NCBI RefSeq assembly: GCF_002105155.1
Contig: NW_019028995.1
Span: forward strand, 62,001-126,000
DNA from: Lobosporangium transversale
Lineage: Eukaryota
Direction of reading: 5' to 3'
Length of the DNA: 64,000 nucleotides
Made by a program: the position numbers and the translations under genes
Part shown: piece by piece, positions 8,466 to 22,106 of the stretch
Position numbering within the stretch: the stretch's first letter is position 1
Layout of the letters: every line of letters starts with the position of its first letter
Notes under the pieces: generated by a model
What the model was told of the DNA's origin: nothing
Database searches by the model: none
The model's input: the letters and a program-made list of their open reading frames with translations, nothing else

Positions 8466-11023
8466 TCATGATTTCAGGGTCCCTGGCAGCGTTAGTTCAG
8501 GGCCGTCCATTCTAATCTCGTCTACAAAGCTCCAGTCTTCATCATCCAAGAAGTCCAATTGAAGCTGATTCAGTGCAGAAGTTGGCCGCAGTTGAGAAAG
8601 TTGCATCTGCTCTTGCTCCATTAACCGAAGCCTCAATCGATGTTCCTGTTCCAGCAATTCGAGCTGACGCTGTTGTTGTTCTTCAGTTTGCTGCCAATGA
8701 GTTGCTTCGTTTTGATTTTCAGTAAACGAATCTGGTAAGTGAGGTCGATCTACTTGTAAATGATCTTGTCCTTGTTGTCCTTGTCCTTGTTCTCTTCTTG
8801 ATTGTTGTTGGTTCTCTCCTCGAGAGACATGAATATACGTTGATGAGGCCTCGGTGGGCCTTACTTCGGCTTGCGTTGCATCAGGATTCAACTCCATGTT
8901 CAACTCCATGTTCAACTCCATGTTCATATTCATGTTCAGGCTCATGTTCAGATCCGCCAGGAACCCGTCATTTCGATTCATAGCCAGCTCAAATTCAAGC
9001 TCCTCCTTCAGCATTCTTGCATGAGATTCTCCCACAAACTCGCACATATCTCGGAAGCAATCTGAACAATCTACCGTAGGACGTCCACAACCGCAGCCAC
9101 ATATCAAAATACCGTTGTCGCTGAGCAAAGTTGGATGTTGTAGCTTAACTGGCTCCATGCCATTTTGACTCATCATACCCAATCCTTGTCTCAAAGCTTC
9201 TCTTGCGCTGCTGTCTATTATACTTGAGGCAATTTGACTGTTTGCTTCAATAAGGCTCAAGGCTTGGCTCAGGTTGAGCGCATGTTGCGTGCCGGTACTA
9301 GTGTTTATACGGGCTGTATTGGGGTTGCCAGAGCTGCAACATGGACTTTTCCGGTCAGTCGATGCAGGCTGGGTCGAAGTGATATTGCGAGAGTCACTGA
9401 TATTTTTGTAAACAGAGCTACTGCCGACCATGGTATCGTTTGAGTATAGGCCTGATGAGCTGGGTGCTGTGAGAAGAGCATGGTTATTAGGGTAGGCAAG
9501 GCATCCAGGGCAAGCACACATCTCACCGCAGCAACACATGTTGGGCGAAATGGCGCAACCACAGCCGTTGTTTTCTCTTTCATTTGTGCATTCATCGCTC
9601 CTGTTAATAGAAGTGGACTGAAGTGCGACCGACAGTGCTGGTGAAGAAGTAGTAGTCTCAAGAACATTATTACAGCATGACTTTTTTGTGGTTGATGCCG
9701 ACATTTCAGTCGTTAGCATTGACTGCATAGCCATCGAAGGCAGTGAGGCGCTGAAGCCACGAAGGGTTGTGTAGAAAGAAGTAGGATCCTCAGTTGGTAG
9801 AATGTCCATAGACATTGATCTTGTGCCAATGGTGTCCTCATAGGCAGTCAAATCATTATCATCTGCAATTTTTTCGAGTGATTGGTTCACCAGAGTCTGT
9901 GGAAAATACAGGTCTGATGTCGGGAGGTTGTTATAGTGACTGCTATCGCCATTGGAGGAGCTCATATGGTCCGAACAAAGATTTAAATGTGGTTCATTCT
10001 GTTGATCTCCGCCCAAAGTCGAGGGAGCTAAAGGTGAATGGTCGCGACCCGGTAATTCTGTGCCCAACATCGTCGAAAGTTTAACTGGATCGTTATTGGA
10101 TATTTCCATTCCACCAAAAGTGCCATTGAGTCTTGAGTTTGAACTCACACTCCCATCTGGACTCTGTGCCATATGCATCCCTGAGAAAGTCTGGAGATAT
10201 GTCAAAGGGGAATCATCCTTTGGAAGGAGAGCCTTTTCAGATTTTCCAAGATCAAGTAAAGCTGGGCCACGTTGATGTTTTAATTCAGGGTAGCTCTTGA
10301 ATATTGCGTGCCGAGTCGAATTTTTACCGGGTTTTGAAACTACGTGTCCCGCACGGTCTCGACAACAGGTGCAGACTGAACCTTCAAGACACCCACAGTT
10401 GCCTGTATGTTATGTAAAACCATAAATAGAGGTTGTATAAGGGTATATCCATCCATATATTTAATTAGTAGTTTGGGATATGATGAACAATCGCTTTACC
10501 TCCTGTGATACTTAAACCTTCATCTTCCATGGAAGCAGCCCGAGAGGATTCTATAGCAGAGTTACAAGTTACGCCAACAGAGTTAAAGACAAGCTAGTAT
10601 ATATTTTTCGCATAATCTTATATCAAATCCCTATTGTATTTAAGCATACCATCTTCTTTGCCACAAAGGCAACGAACGCTGACTTGCTTTGCCTTGCGTA
10701 GCTCTTTGCAATGGAGGCACTGAGTTGAAGGACGACCTTTCTTTTTAACCTCGTGTAATGGTCGTTCACTATGAAACGAAATAGCTGTTGCTATAAGTGG
10801 CACGTTTAGAGTCTGATCTTGACGACAAATGACTTCTTAATACACTTTTGTTCATACTCATGATTGCATGTTGTTGAACGATGTCCCTTGATGCATGTAG
10901 CACTATGTAAAACAGGGGAAAGACATGCATCTAATTAGGAGGACCATAAAGCGAACAAACATTGCTGTAATAAGGGGTATTAAAGTTTTACCATGCAAAC
11001 TTTTGACCGTTAACGAATACCAT
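8466..11023 (-). CDS. Copper-fist transcription factor (Ace1/Mac1/Cuf1 family)
   Basis: Short 5' exons splice to MVFVNGQKFACATCIKGHRSTTCNHDERPLHEVKKKGRPSTQCLHCKELRKAKQVSVRCLC (copper-fist domain). These join the long last exon with Cys clusters CGC...CCCGEMCACPGC and CGCGCG..CSDC. Confidence 0.9.
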
Positions 11024-11701
11024 GACTAAGGACCGTTATAAGGAAAACAATTAGATGGAAGGAAAAGAGAAAGCTGAGGATTATGCTGAATCAATGACAG
11101 TAATCAAGTTGTATGTGTGGGCAATGCAGATGTTTGTTGAAAAAAAGCAGACGCTTGGGTACCAAGAGCTAATGAATCAGCATCGGCGAAGGATCAGAAG
11201 AAGGAAGAGGATTGTTCGCACGTAATTGGTTACAAATGTTTTGGATGACTAATAAAGTAGCAAAAGGTTGATGGAATAAATATGCATGCAAGTGGATGGT
11301 GCTGATTTGCAAAAGAATAAAACAAAATAAACATTTGACCAGAAAAACCTCGATCAAGTTACTTTGGATATAAGCTACTAGTGCCAGTACTCGTGGCGAT
11401 AGTGCTGTAAAAAAGTTATAGTAGATGGAACACAGGGCTCATAATATTCATAGTTGGAACATGGTGTGGGCGCAATAAAATGATGGCATATGGGGCTGTG
11501 CGCAGCCAATGGATGAATCATCATTCTTCCCAGGATAAAGGCCTGAGACTAGAGGTAAAACCCATGGCTGTCTCAAGTTACAAATGCTGTTTTTAATGTA
11601 CAGTGACGTATTTGGCCCGATTTCTTTTTGTTTCCAACCTCAACCACATTCTTTCTCTCTCTCTCTTTCCCTACCATATCCCTTTCCTACAAATACTAGA
11701 C

Positions 11702-13103
11702 ATGGCTGAGACTCCTACTTTTAAGCTCGTCCTCGGTAAATAATTATTCAATCTTCGTTTTTATTCTAGGATCAAGGAAATCAGTTTTTAAGCAGAACGA
11801 GCATTGCTTCTTTAACTGTCGGATCCAACTTAACCACATTCTGATTTTTATTTTCTATTTGTTATGACTCTTTGTTAGTTGGTGATGGCGGTACGGGAAA
11901 GACTACCTTCGTTAAGCGCCATTTGACTGGCGAATTTGAGAAGAAGTACATCGGTAAAGACTCACTACAATTGTTAACCACTCTTTTCCGCACATTCTCC
12001 ATCTGTGGAATTATTTTGATCGGTCTAAATTACTATTGTTATATTCTGCTGGATGACGCGATATTGGCAGAATTAGCAGGAATTCACCGTTTACTCAGTT
12101 ACAGCGCATTAATACATAAAAGCTGGTCATCACTTTGGAATTTCAAGAGTATCCCTCAATATTGCATGTCTTTTTTATCTTTTATTATGGTCTGTTTGTT
12201 CCCATTTAAGCTGCTGCTACACCATATAGCAGCTTAAACGATTGGATCTTCATGATATTTGTATCACAGTCAACACAGATCACGATATTTATCGACAGTG
12301 TTCCAATGTTTAACATGGCATTTGCTGAACCGTCAGTCTTTCCATTCAGCAGCCAATGTCAATATATGTCGTCGAAACCAGTTCAGTTTTTTTGTGTAAA
12401 GGAAACAGAACTTGGTGCTAATATGCCTTTTTTGACCTTCTTTTTGAATAGCCACATTGGGTGTCGAGGTCCATCCTTTGAGATTCAGCACTAACTTTGG
12501 TGAGATTATCTTCAACACCTGGGACACTGCTGGACAAGAGAAGTTTGGTGGTCTTCGTGATGGTTACTAGTATGTGATTCATTCATTGAGACGCTACTAT
12601 GTCGTAAGCTTGCCGCGTATATTTAATTGTGACAGTAATGGTAAACTTAACACAGATGCGCGGCGTCAATCTTCTTTCTTTTTTTATGCAGTATCAATGG
12701 ACAATGTGGTATTATCATGTTCGATCTCACCTCCAGAATTACATACAAGAACGTCCCTAACTGGCACCGTGATCTCGTTCGTGTCTGTGAGAACATCCCC
12801 ATTGTTCTCTGCGGTAACAAGGTCGATATCAAGGAGCGCAAGGTCAAGCCCAAAGCTATTGATTTCCACCGCAAGAAGTCTCTTCAGTACTATGATATCT
12901 CGGCCAAGAGCAACTACAACTTTGAGAAGCCTTTCCTCTGGTTGGCTCGTAAGCTTTCCGGTCACCATTCACTGGAGTTTGTAGCCTCCCCTGCTTTGGC
13001 TCCCGCTGAGGTTGCAGTCGATGCTACCCTTATGCAACAGTACAAGCAGGAATTGGACAGTGCTGCACAGATGCCTCTCCCTGAGGAAGACGATGACCTG
13101 TAA
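11702..13103 (+). CDS. GSP1: Ran GTPase (Gsp1/Spi1)
   Basis: Exons 11702-11735, 11879-11953, 12452-12569 and 12692-13103. Motifs [34 protein letters not shown] and NKVD, plus the acidic C-terminal EEDDDL. Confidence 0.97.
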
Positions 13104-13351
13104 AAAAATTTAGGCGATTATAGCTATTCTTTTTAACGCTTTTTCCATATCCCTTCATTCGTTTGCGTTCACAAAGTTCTCTTCCTTTCGTATGTTCGCC
13201 AATAAAATGTAGCTTTTTCGACAACTTTGCCCATTATATGGGCCATAAGCCACATTAAAGATTTCTATAGTTTTATTATTCGTATATTTTTGAGAACTAT
13301 TCCTTTATTCTCAATAATAATAATAGTAATAATAATAATAATAAGGTCCGC

Positions 13352-16300
13352 ATGGAGAGAAGGGTCACCCGTCGTTCGAGCACTGTTGCTACAACAACAT
13401 CCACAACGAACGCTTCAGTCACCACAAAATCATCTGCTACAACACGAGGTCGGGTGCGAGGTCGAGGACAGGGCCGCACGCGTGCTAATCGCAAAAATGG
13501 TTCAAAGATATCCCATGAGGCCTTGAGCTCTATTGATGCAGCCGACAATAGCAATAATGAAAACAGCCATGATTATAAGAATGAATCGCAATCCGAGAAA
13601 AATGAATCAGGCCATGTAGATCAGGTCGAGCACGTTGATCACGACTCTAATGGAGCATCACAATTGCAATCTGATCAACCTTTTGTCGCAACGGAGCAAG
13701 ACAGTGCGGATACGCAAACAATAGGCAATATGGCGAATGAAACCATGGACAAACACAGCAACAAGGGTTCGCAGGTTGAATTAGCGGGCTCTGGTAGTCA
13801 AGATGATCAAAGTATTACTAATGGTATCAACATAATTCAGGATCTAAAGCTACCAGGAGATACTAGCGAACCAATGCCTGGAACCGTAAACGAAGCCACT
13901 GTTTCAACTTCGCATGCTAAAGTATTTTTCAGTGAAGAGCATTATAACAAACTTTCGGTTGGCGGCATAGGGAGATTAACTGAGCAGTTTATACAAAAGA
14001 AGCGTCAGTTTCAAGAGATACAACCATCTAGACCCATGCCACACACTGATGTTGAGGGTGACACTTCCACAAAGAAGCAGAGGGCTTCAAAGTGGATAAG
14101 GCCATCAATATCGAACGAAGGCATATTGTATAGCAATACGACTAAGCCAACGGGCTCCACTCTAAAGATAGATAATGGGCCAGATCAAAAGATTACATCT
14201 TCTTCGGAGTTAGTGGCCTCAACCACAGGCAAATTTGACATTATTGATTTGATGGCGTCTGTCTCGTCATACGTTCCTGAGATTGCCTCGGTTTTCCACA
14301 GTACTGATCCAAAACAAGCTAATAGTGAATTTCAACAGCAAAAACCACAGCAACCAGAGCAGCCAGGGCTTTTACAAATGTTGCCTCCTAAGGATCGGTT
14401 TTACCACCCATGTATTTATTCACACGAACACCGTTCGACTTTGACACGCGAGGAACACTGCCGGTACATAATGTATGATAGTATTATCCGTGGATTGCAT
14501 AAGCATGGGGGTGTATTGCAATTAGGATCGGAAGATCGAGAGCTCTGGACTTCTCTACAAGAGAGGGTGAATCAAGAGCGGCAGAGTGTGCGTCAATGGA
14601 ACGCTGAGACCGTGAGGGCCAGGATCGCTAGCTATTCAAATGTGGCTATCCAGGCTGCATTGGAGACAAAGTTCCTACGTGCAAGGAGGAGAGTACTAGA
14701 AGAATATCCTCGACGCTACGACTTTATTCAGTCCATTGGGTTGCGGCTTCCTGGTGTACCTTCAGTGAAGGAGCCTACTTTGAGCAGGAAAAAGGCAAAT
14801 GTGATCGCGCCACCAGGAGGGCTGGACAAACCACAGAGCAATTCAGTAGAAGAACCACACCCTCGCGGGCTTTTGAAGAGGACAGGGAAAGTTTGCCCAG
14901 TTTCTTTAGCAAAGCCAATCTGGCCTACAGATGAGAATGGAGTACCATATGAAAAGTCAATTGATATCAATGGCCGGTATTGGAGTCAGTCTGGAGAGTC
15001 GTCGACTTCCCAAAAAGCATCGAATGGACTGCGGGATAACAGACGCATCCACCTACCAAGCACATCTCCTGCACCATCAGTATCCAAGGATCCAACCATT
15101 AAGCACTTTGTCAAGGAGCAAAATATCCATATTGCATTTGCTGCAAGTGCATTAGTGACACTGGCGGAGACCTTGCCTAGCCTTGCGTCCGAATGGGAGA
15201 TCCCTGTGAAAGTTGTACTCGAGGAAGATCACGAAGGTAGTGGGGAACCTAATAATGTCGTAAGGGCTTTCTGTACCCTTGCAGGGGCAATGGGTCATTC
15301 GTTGATTAATACTGGCAGTGTTTTTTTTTGTAATTAGGAGTGATGCAGAAGCGGGTTTATGTCGACAAGCCATTGATTCGCAAACGGATGTCAGCGTTAG
15401 AGATGACCCAAGCATTTTACAACGGTGCACTTAAAAAGCTTTCTTTGATAGCTACTTCATCAACAGACGCTGCTATTCTTTCATCACCTCTGAAGGAGCA
15501 TATCACACTTCCCTCTTCAACTTCTTCAGAACAGGATCGCAGCGAGAATGCTGGAAAAATAGCTTTAGAGCATGGGCCCACAGTGCCACTGGATCATAGT
15601 GAATCGACGCCTCCTATCTCGTCCCAACAGGCAGACAAAGGATCACTTAAAAACCCTGCTAACGCTGGGGATGCAGAGCAAAATCATTCAAAGATGATGA
15701 CGGGGAGAGAGGATAAAGATGAAAATAAGGATAAAGATGAGGATAAGGATATGAACATGGATATTGATGATGAGGAAGAGGGTGTTTTGGGGAGTCAGGC
15801 TGGTGCAGTTTCTTCCGATGAATATGCCAATGACGGATTTGACTATTCACTTTGGACATTTGGAGATACGAGAATCCTGATCCGAAGCCGCATCCACGGA
15901 TATCTCGATAATACAGTAAGATAGCCCCTGTACACATGTGCACTTTTCCTCCTTTTCTTTGTCATCTTCCTAACATTCTTGTCCATCCATTAATTTGCAG
16001 GCGCCATGTAGGCAGGTAGTCCTTAAATCTATTTTAGATTATGCGCCAGAGATTGGCCTGTCTCTTCCAAGTAAATCAACTATGGCCGGTTGGTGGATGG
16101 CAACATGGATTCGTGATGATCGGCTTGTCGCTCTAGGACGCGTAGATGTTTCTAAAAACCAATTTGTACGGTATATGGACCCAAAGAGCATTGACTCAGC
16201 ACATAGCTCAAATCCAGAGAATCCGTTAGGCGCAACGTTTAGTGACTTGCCTGCGATATCGATTGTGGATGCAAGTACATTGCGCGTGCAAGAGCGTGAA

Positions 16301-16786
16301 ATTCAAGATTGGATTAAGCCTAATATGCGATCAATCCATTATGTCATCGGAAAGTTAATACAACTTAGGCCAGGCCAGTATATCCTGGGACATAAGAGGT
16401 CTGATATTAACGCCAATATCTACAAGGCGGTAGAGGAGGGATTCGATGAGTCTAATCTATCGCATGACTCTATTAAAGAGAATAAGGGGGTCACTAAGGG
16501 AGGAACAGCTGTATCAAAAGGCCAATATGATCTACATGCAGCTCACCAAAGCTCGCCACAGCTATTGAACGAGAATAACACAGACATCAGTGGAGCTGGA
16601 GGAGCAGGGTTAAATGACGACGACCTGCAGCTGCAGTGGGTCGGCACTCCAGACCAAATCCTAGGCACCTTTCCATATGAAGTAGAGCCAGAGCCTGTTC
16701 ACGTTAGTATGCATGACTCACGAAGGGGTCGTGGGAGAGCAGTAGGCAAGCGCAGTCGTGCAAAGAAGAATGGACAGAACAATTAG
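13352..16786 (+). CDS. ICE2/NARG2-like protein (little elongation complex subunit 2 C-terminal domain)
   Basis: Three exons (13352-15237, ~15339-15915, 16001-16786). Motifs WEIPV..VYVDKPL, YSLWTFGD..ILIR, GRVD, KLIQLRPGQYILGH..IYKA, YDLH and GTFP occur in the order I recall for the NARG2_C domain, after a long low-complexity N-terminus. Confidence 0.72.
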
Positions 16787-16995
16787 TATATACATAATTT
16801 AATTATGCACAGTGGCGCAGTCTGAACGGTGTGACGGTGGGATGAAACAACAAAACCGCGATCACTCTGCCATTCTTACATTCTCATTCATTGCTAATGT
16901 ATCCATCTGGACATTCAAAAGGCAAAATAACAATAATAAAAAAAGCCTGTGAATACATTTACGATTATAAGCGGAGGGTTGTTAATAGCTAAAAT

Positions 16996-17532
16996 ATGAG
17001 CTCTTTCAAGAAGCGTGTGCCGTCAGCTCAAACCAGTCTTCCAGCGGGCTGCCGTCTTTCTGCCTATAATGGACAAGTTCTTATTTCGACTGGGATTCCT
17101 TCGTTAGATGATATTCTTGGGGGAGGACTTCCTTTAGGGACAATCCTCCTGGTCCAAGAGGATCGCCAGACATCCTACGGCCAATTACTACTCAAATATT
17201 TTTTAAGACAAGGAGTCGTGGCTGGCGACAAATGCGTGGTTGTGAGCGGTGATGAGCGTCCAGAGGCAATAATGAGGTCATTGATGGGGATCGCCGGTGA
17301 GGAGAGTTCCTCAAGCCAGGTGCAGCAAGGAGTTGATAGTCGTGATGACAATGAGGCGAAGGGGGACAACCGCAGGGTTAAAAAATCAGGAGCATCTGCT
17401 GAGGATGAAGATGACGAAGATTCAGAGCAAGGAAGACTTAAGATCGCATGGAGATATAGCGGATTAAAAAAGTTTGAAAGCGGGGTTGATGGCCGCTCTC
17501 TGCCAGGTATTTTCACTATTTAGAAATGGGGG

Positions 17533-17565
<33 letters not shown>

Positions 17566-19078
17566 AAATCAACAGCCTAACACTCAAACTATGGAGCAAT
17601 TATTATATTACTAGTCATATCGTCGCGTGTTAACAAAGAGCCATCCTCTTCAGATGGGTCTGTCCCAACGCCAAACCAAATCCCGTTTTGTGAACAGTTT
17701 GATCTCACGACACGCATTTCAGCTAGGGCATTGGAGACCGCCGACACGACGCTGATTGATTCTGGAGATCTATTAAGACATATCAGCGTCAATAACCAGG
17801 AAATAGCAGGGAGTGATCTGGACGATAGTGAAAATGAAAATGAGGATGATAATCCATCAGCTGCCGAAATAGTCAGTAATCAGCCTGATTTGTATCGAAA
17901 TGTGCTTGACAAGATTAGAGAGACAGTCGTCAATGGAGGATTCAGTACTACGCTTGTCAAGGACCCCTTGGCGCCATTGCCAGCGCCTGGAGCTGTCAAT
18001 CTATCCGGGCGACATGTTTGCAGGATTGGAATCAACTCGATTGCATCTCCAAGCTGGAGAAGTAAAACACCACAGGTATATTTAAGCATTCTAAAAAAAA
18101 AAAGAAAAAAAATATAGCCTTCATTTGGCTCATGTATGAAACTAACCATTTCTTTCTTATATGATTCTCCAGGATCTTTACAAGTTTTTGCATGCTTTGC
18201 GTGGCCTTTTACGGTTTAGTTTTGGTGCTGCGGTTATTACGATCCCTGCACATCTGTATGGCACTGTTGATCAGAGACATGCTACGGATGGCTCCACCAC
18301 TTCGCCATACATTCATCGTCTCGAGCAGCTCTGTGATGCTTCTGTTCGGATTGAGTCTTTTGCGGGTGCTTTAACCAATGCATCATCAGCGGCATCGGAT
18401 TATCATGGTCTATTTCATGTACACAAAGTTCCTGTTCTCAATGCTCTAGTTTCTTCCTCCACGAAGCTATCAGTTCTGCTCAATGGCTCTGCTAAGGGCT
18501 CGGGTGGACAAAGTGGAGGGAGTGGACGCAGTGGAGGCTCGAGTAAAGGAGTCAATAACTTGGGATTCAAGGTGCGAAGAAAGCGGTTCACTATTGAGAC
18601 GTTCCATTTGCCCCCCGAAGGCGGTGTGGGACAGAGGAGAACGTCAGCGGAACCATCGTCATCTGCGGGATCGTTATCAGATCGAAAGACAGGATCCAGT
18701 GCTACTTCATCCTCAACACCATCCTCATTTTCTAGGCGAGATGTTGGGGCATCATCCGGATCTCTTAGGAAGCCATTAGGTGGAAGTAATGTCAATAGCA
18801 ACAATAGCGGGAGCAGTAGTAGTAGCAGCAATAATAATAATAATAATACTATTAATGCCCGTGGAAAGGTTGATATACATTCTGTACCAGGAGCAAGCGG
18901 AATGGCACGTAAAATGATGGGGCTTCCTCCGGTTGGGATCCAAGGAGCGGTCACTTCAAGCTGCAGCACAGAAGGACCTGATAGCAGTGGACATCAACAT
19001 GTTCATGGACATGGACACGGCCATGGATCTCTGTCGGGAAAAGTAACAACATCCAATAGTAGTTTACTTGATTTCTAA
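16996..19078 (+). CDS. ELP4: Elongator complex subunit 4
   Basis: ISTGIPSLDDILGGGLPLG, LKIAWRY, FDLT, GLFHVHK and LGFKVRRKRFTIETFHLPP motifs, ending in LDF. Introns at ~17507-17613 and ~18076-18172. Confidence 0.93.
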
Positions 19079-19152
19079 GAGAAAGGCAGATGAGCAAATG
19101 ATCTGTATTTCCAGTTCAAGCAAGAACCAGCAAGGATTTAACAGATCTTGTG

Positions 19153-19189
<37 letters not shown>

Positions 19190-19910
19190 AATAAAATTTG
19201 AATTATTATACAGACTAACCGTGAGAATAATTTCAACGAGATTGGAGAATGAATGCGGGGATGCGGGGTTAGTTGAGCAAAAAGGCGAGTGGCTTTAACT
19301 TCGGACTCTGTGAATGATGGGAATCAATATGAACACATGTAGTTCTTTGTATGCCAGTGCGTCATTACCCTTGCATCGCCAAGGATACTATCCGAGCCTT
19401 TCTCTTTGAGGTCTTTGGTACATGTATAAATTTTGATCTAGTGGTGATAGATCGGATGCATTGTAAAAGACACGATACATGTAGGAGTGAATCGAGACCC
19501 AGGAGAATAAAGTTCGGATCTGACAACCGAATAAAACCAACCACTGTAAAAAAAAAAATTGAAAATTGAGATATTGTATTATAAGAAAAGTGATTTTTGA
19601 TACTGCTCTTCTTCCTGTTTGTTTGTGTGTATGAGGTGCGAGATGAGTAAGAGATTTACATTTTCAATTTTCAATAATTAGATCACCAAGAGGCTGTTGG
19701 GTGTATATGGTGTGTGAGAGGAATAATTTTTTAATCTTCTGCCCCTCATTTTTTGAGGTCCCGAAATATCATTCTAGCTTTTTTTTTTTTTTTTTTTTTT
19801 TACTGGTATGATATTGATGGTATGATTTAACTCGTCAGTTTTTTTCTCCTCCACTTCTTTATCCTCTCCACTCTCTTTTCTCTCACGCACAACATAATCT
19901 AACAGACACA

Positions 19911-20240
19911 ATGTCATTTGTCTCATTACGCTCCTTGTCCTCTAGAGCCATCAAGATCTCTTCTGCAAAGAATGCTGCCCTTCAGCTGAGTCGCGCTTCT
20001 TACACCGTTGCTTCTACACCTACTAAATTCGCAACGATTGACGAGAGTCCCAGGGCTCAGAAGCAGATGGTCTATGGACGCGAACTTTCTGCTGCTGCGA
20101 TGAATGCTCATGGCGAATTACGTTATGATTGGAAGAAGGAAGAGATTGAAGCCATTTACCATTCACCCATTATGGAATTGCTTTATCATGGAGTAAGTTA
20201 CCGAAACAAGCTCTACTTCGGTATTATTCAATTGATACTT

Positions 20241-20275
<35 letters not shown>

Positions 20276-21064
20276 TCACTTCAAAGTGTGTATAGAAAGC
20301 CGAACCGTCAAATACTGCGACCCTGTCTTTTCCTTTTTTATATCTTCTTTTATTTTTTTATACTTTGCATCCATTCTTCCTAAGGGAAGATCTGGGGAAG
20401 ATATTTAATTTCCTCTCTTGGGAGCAGAGAAAAAAGATTTGTGCTTACGCGTTTCACGCGATTAAGGAGAGAGCAGAGCATACTGAGGATCAGTCACCCT
20501 ACATTTTTTTATCAATTGCCCCATCAAATATCAATTTTGACGGGGTTTTTTTTCTGATCTATAACTTCACATATGCTTCCGATTCTCCCGTCAAACCTAT
20601 TGCTATCGATTCTATCAACACTCTGCCTCGGATTTGGCCACTGCTACTTGTCTCATTATCTATTTATATATGATATGACATTCTAAAGAAAGAATTGTAC
20701 ATACTAACATGTTTGTCTCAATGATACAATTCCAACATTTGTGTGTAGGCTAATGTCCATCGCCTACACTTTGATCCCTTGGCTGTGCAGCAATGCACTC
20801 TTTTGAGTATCAAGACAGGAGGATGCAGCGAGGATTGCAAGTACTGCCCACAGTCTTCAAGCTACTCTACCTCTGTCAAGGCTCAAAAGATGCTTGACAC
20901 GGACGAAGTCCTCAAGGCCGCCCGTGCTGCCAAGGCTGCAGGATCAACACGTTTTTGCATGGGCGCTGCTTGGAGAGATTTGGCTGGACGCAAGAGTAAC
21001 TTTAAGAAGATTGTTGGATTTGTCAAGGAGATCAGGTAACAGTATACCCATTAGACTATCTCGT

Positions 21065-21097
<33 letters not shown>

Positions 21098-21952
21098 TTG
21101 GCTGTCTCGGATGCTGTAAAGTTAATCCCAATTTTTTTATTTAATTTTTTATTTTATTTATTTTTTTTAAAAAAAATGTATGTGTCATACAGAGCTATGG
21201 ACATGGAGGTGTGCTGTACATTGGGTATGTTGAACGATGATCAGGCAAACCAATTGAAAGAGGCCGGACTGACTGCATACAACCACAACCTCGACACCTC
21301 AAGAGAGTATTACCCCAAGATCATCACAACTCGTTCTTATGATGAGCGTCTTGAGACTATCTCCAAGGTCCGTGAAGCCGGCATTTCTGTATGCTCTGGA
21401 GGCATCATTGGCCTTGGAGAGACAGACACAGATCGTGTAGGAATGCTTCATACGCTCTCAACCATGCCTTCACATCCTGAAAGTGTTCCTGTAAATGCAC
21501 TTTTGGCTGTCGAGGGCACACCATTAGAGAAACAGGAGCCTGTCAAGGTCTGGGATATGGTTCGTATGATTGCCACCGCTCGCATTGTCATGCCCAAGAC
21601 TATGATCCGTCTCTCAGCTGGAAGAGTTCGTTTCACACAGCCTGAACAGGCTCTCTGCTTCATGGCTGGTGCTAATTCAATCTTCACTGGAGATAAACTC
21701 TTGACAACACCCAACAATGAGTTCAATGCCGATCAGCAGATGTTTGAAACCCTCGGTAAGGATGTTGTTGTAATTTTATTACTTTCCTAGTATGATGTGG
21801 CTTTAATTCCTATGATCCTCATTAATAGCCATATACATTGTATTTTTTTTATAGGTTTGGTGCCAAAGGCGGCCAGCTTCAAGGTCGATCTTGCTGCTGA
21901 CTCGGAGGTGAATGAGAAGAAGGAATGCTGCGGAAGCCATTCCCATGCATAA
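19911..21952 (+). CDS. BIO2: Biotin synthase (radical SAM), mitochondrial
   Basis: Mitochondrial presequence-like N-terminus, CSEDCKYC radical-SAM motif, YNHNLDT, VPVN and RLSAGR. Four exons, ending TAA at 21950-21952. Confidence 0.96.
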
Positions 21953-22071
21953 GCTTTGGTGGACAGGTTGATAGATTGAAAGTGTAGAAGATTATAAAAA
22001 TAAAATAAAGCAGCAAATATATATTTATTATATAGTATACATTATATATTTATATATATTATTAATTGTGG

Positions 22072-22106
<35 letters not shown>

